This document shows, one piece after another, positions 31,278 through 32,000 of a stretch of 32,000 nt of DNA. The notes below the pieces were generated by a model. It worked only from the letters and a program-made list of their open reading frames with translations, was not told the DNA's origin and did not search any database. The stretch's first letter is position 1; each line of letters opens with the position of its first letter. A program made the position numbers and the translations under genes. The stretch lies in the NCBI RefSeq assembly GCF_000014265.1, contig NC_008312.1, positions 3,360,001 to 3,392,000 on the forward strand. The letters are read 5' to 3'. The DNA comes from Trichodesmium erythraeum IMS101 (lineage in GTDB: Bacteria > Cyanobacteriota > Cyanobacteriia > Cyanobacteriales > Microcoleaceae).

Positions 31278-32000
31278 ATGCCAATATTTGTTGATAACTT
31301 AAAGAAAAATAGAAAAATAGATGATATTCATTTAACCATAGCCATTGTAGGTTCTAGAAAGCTTGAACAGTTTGAAGAAGAATATATCAATCAAGGATGG
31401 GGTTTAATGTCCCCCAATCTGACCATATACGGTTTTGATGCTGATCAAGACGCGTGCAAGAAAATGAACACAAAGCTGCAAGAACAACAAATCAGCCATC
31501 AAGAAAAACACATACCCTTGGCTCTTTGGGATTCTGTAGAAACTGCTACTTTGCACATTACTAAATTCCCTGCTTGTAGTTCTTTGTACCCTCCAAGTCA
31601 GTCATATATTGATCGCTTTATTGGAAATTCCCCACTTATGGAATTAGCATCCACCCAAGAGATTCAAACAACAACTTTAGATGATTTTTGTCATTCTGAG
31701 GAAATCAGTGAAATTGATTTTATACAAATTGATACTCAAGGAGCAGAACTCAAAATTTTAGAAGGTGCTAAGGAAATTTTAAAAAGTGTTTTGTCACTAA
31801 ATGTAGAGGTAGAATTTACGAGTCTCTATGATAATCAACCTTTGTTTGGGGATGTTGACTTGTATCTGAGGAAAAAAGGCTTTACCCTATTTGATTTTGG
31901 AACTTTGTATCGAGATTCCCGTCGCAGAAGTTCCATATGTTCTCAAGAGCATCCCGGTCAATTAATATGGACAGATGCTTTTTACTTTCAGGATTTGATC
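31278..32000 (+). CDS. FkbM-family methyltransferase (partial, continues beyond the right edge)
   Basis: My translation from ATG 31278 (AAGAGGAAA/AAGGA purine-rich leader) is open to the end of the window. It reads MPIFVDNLKKNRKIDDIHLTIAIVGSRK...EISEIDFIQIDTQGAELKILEGAKEILKSVLSLNVEVEFTSLYDNQPLFGDVDLYLRKKGFTLFDF. The IDFIKIDxQGxEL..L.G segment is the FkbM (Methyltransf_21-type) hallmark. Confidence 0.8.
   Translation, partial: MPIFVDNLKKNRKIDDIHLTIAIVGSRKLEQFEEEYINQGWGLMSPNLTIYGFDADQDACKKMNTKLQEQQISHQEKHIPLALWDSVETATLHITKFPACSSLYPPSQSYIDRFIGNSPLMELASTQEIQTTTLDDFCHSEEISEIDFIQIDTQGAELKILEGAKEILKSVLSLNVEVEFTSLYDNQPLFGDVDLYLRKKGFTLFDFGTLYRDSRRRSSICSQEHPGQLIWTDAFYFQDLI

Overview
This 32-kb chromosomal window comes from an AT-rich, Nostocales-like filamentous cyanobacterium. 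The taxonomic call is an inference from three things: many GCGATCGC (HIP1) palindromes, heptamer microsatellites in intergenic spacers, and the gene content. I found no rRNA, tRNA, CRISPR array or intact transposase.

Gene order, left to right:
- A partial DndD/Rad50-like ATPase, translationally coupled to a small upstream ORF (1..1419, minus strand).
- An ORF-poor stretch containing a decayed WD40 gene.
- A membrane protein, a small HAD phosphatase, an aldo/keto reductase, and a SAM methyltransferase preceded by a relic of a paralogue.
- tsaE.
- The most interesting part, a same-strand (minus) five-gene cluster at 8523..16036, wedged between tsaE and a yvcK-family gene. In transcription order it encodes: a Trypco2-like small protein; a ChlI/BchI-like AAA+ ATPase whose P-loop region is frameshifted and carries a stop codon; a ChlD/BchD-like degenerate-AAA/vWA protein; a CHAT protease with an intact His-Cys dyad; and a caspase-fold domain lacking both catalytic residues, fused to an FGE/SUMF1-like domain.
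- The yvcK-family gene.
- An MlaF-like ABC ATPase and a long coiled-coil MlaD/MCE protein, separated by a duplicated spacer.
- A 1.27-kb gene-free region with a candidate terminated sRNA, then a small TPR-like protein.
- A divergent glycan-modification locus: a methyltransferase-TPR-GT41 protein of 1014 aa, a 1770-aa multi-methyltransferase/multi-glycosyltransferase protein with a nearly identical internal 324-bp duplication, and a partial FkbM methyltransferase.

I interpret the 8523..16036 cluster as a chelatase-type AAA+/vWA motor recruited to caspase-superfamily proteases. That would make it a candidate NTP-dependent conflict or programmed-cell-death system that I do not recognise as experimentally described. 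The copy in this window appears to be partly decayed.

Coordinates that are not anchored by the ORF track are hand-counted and may be off by 1-2 nt.
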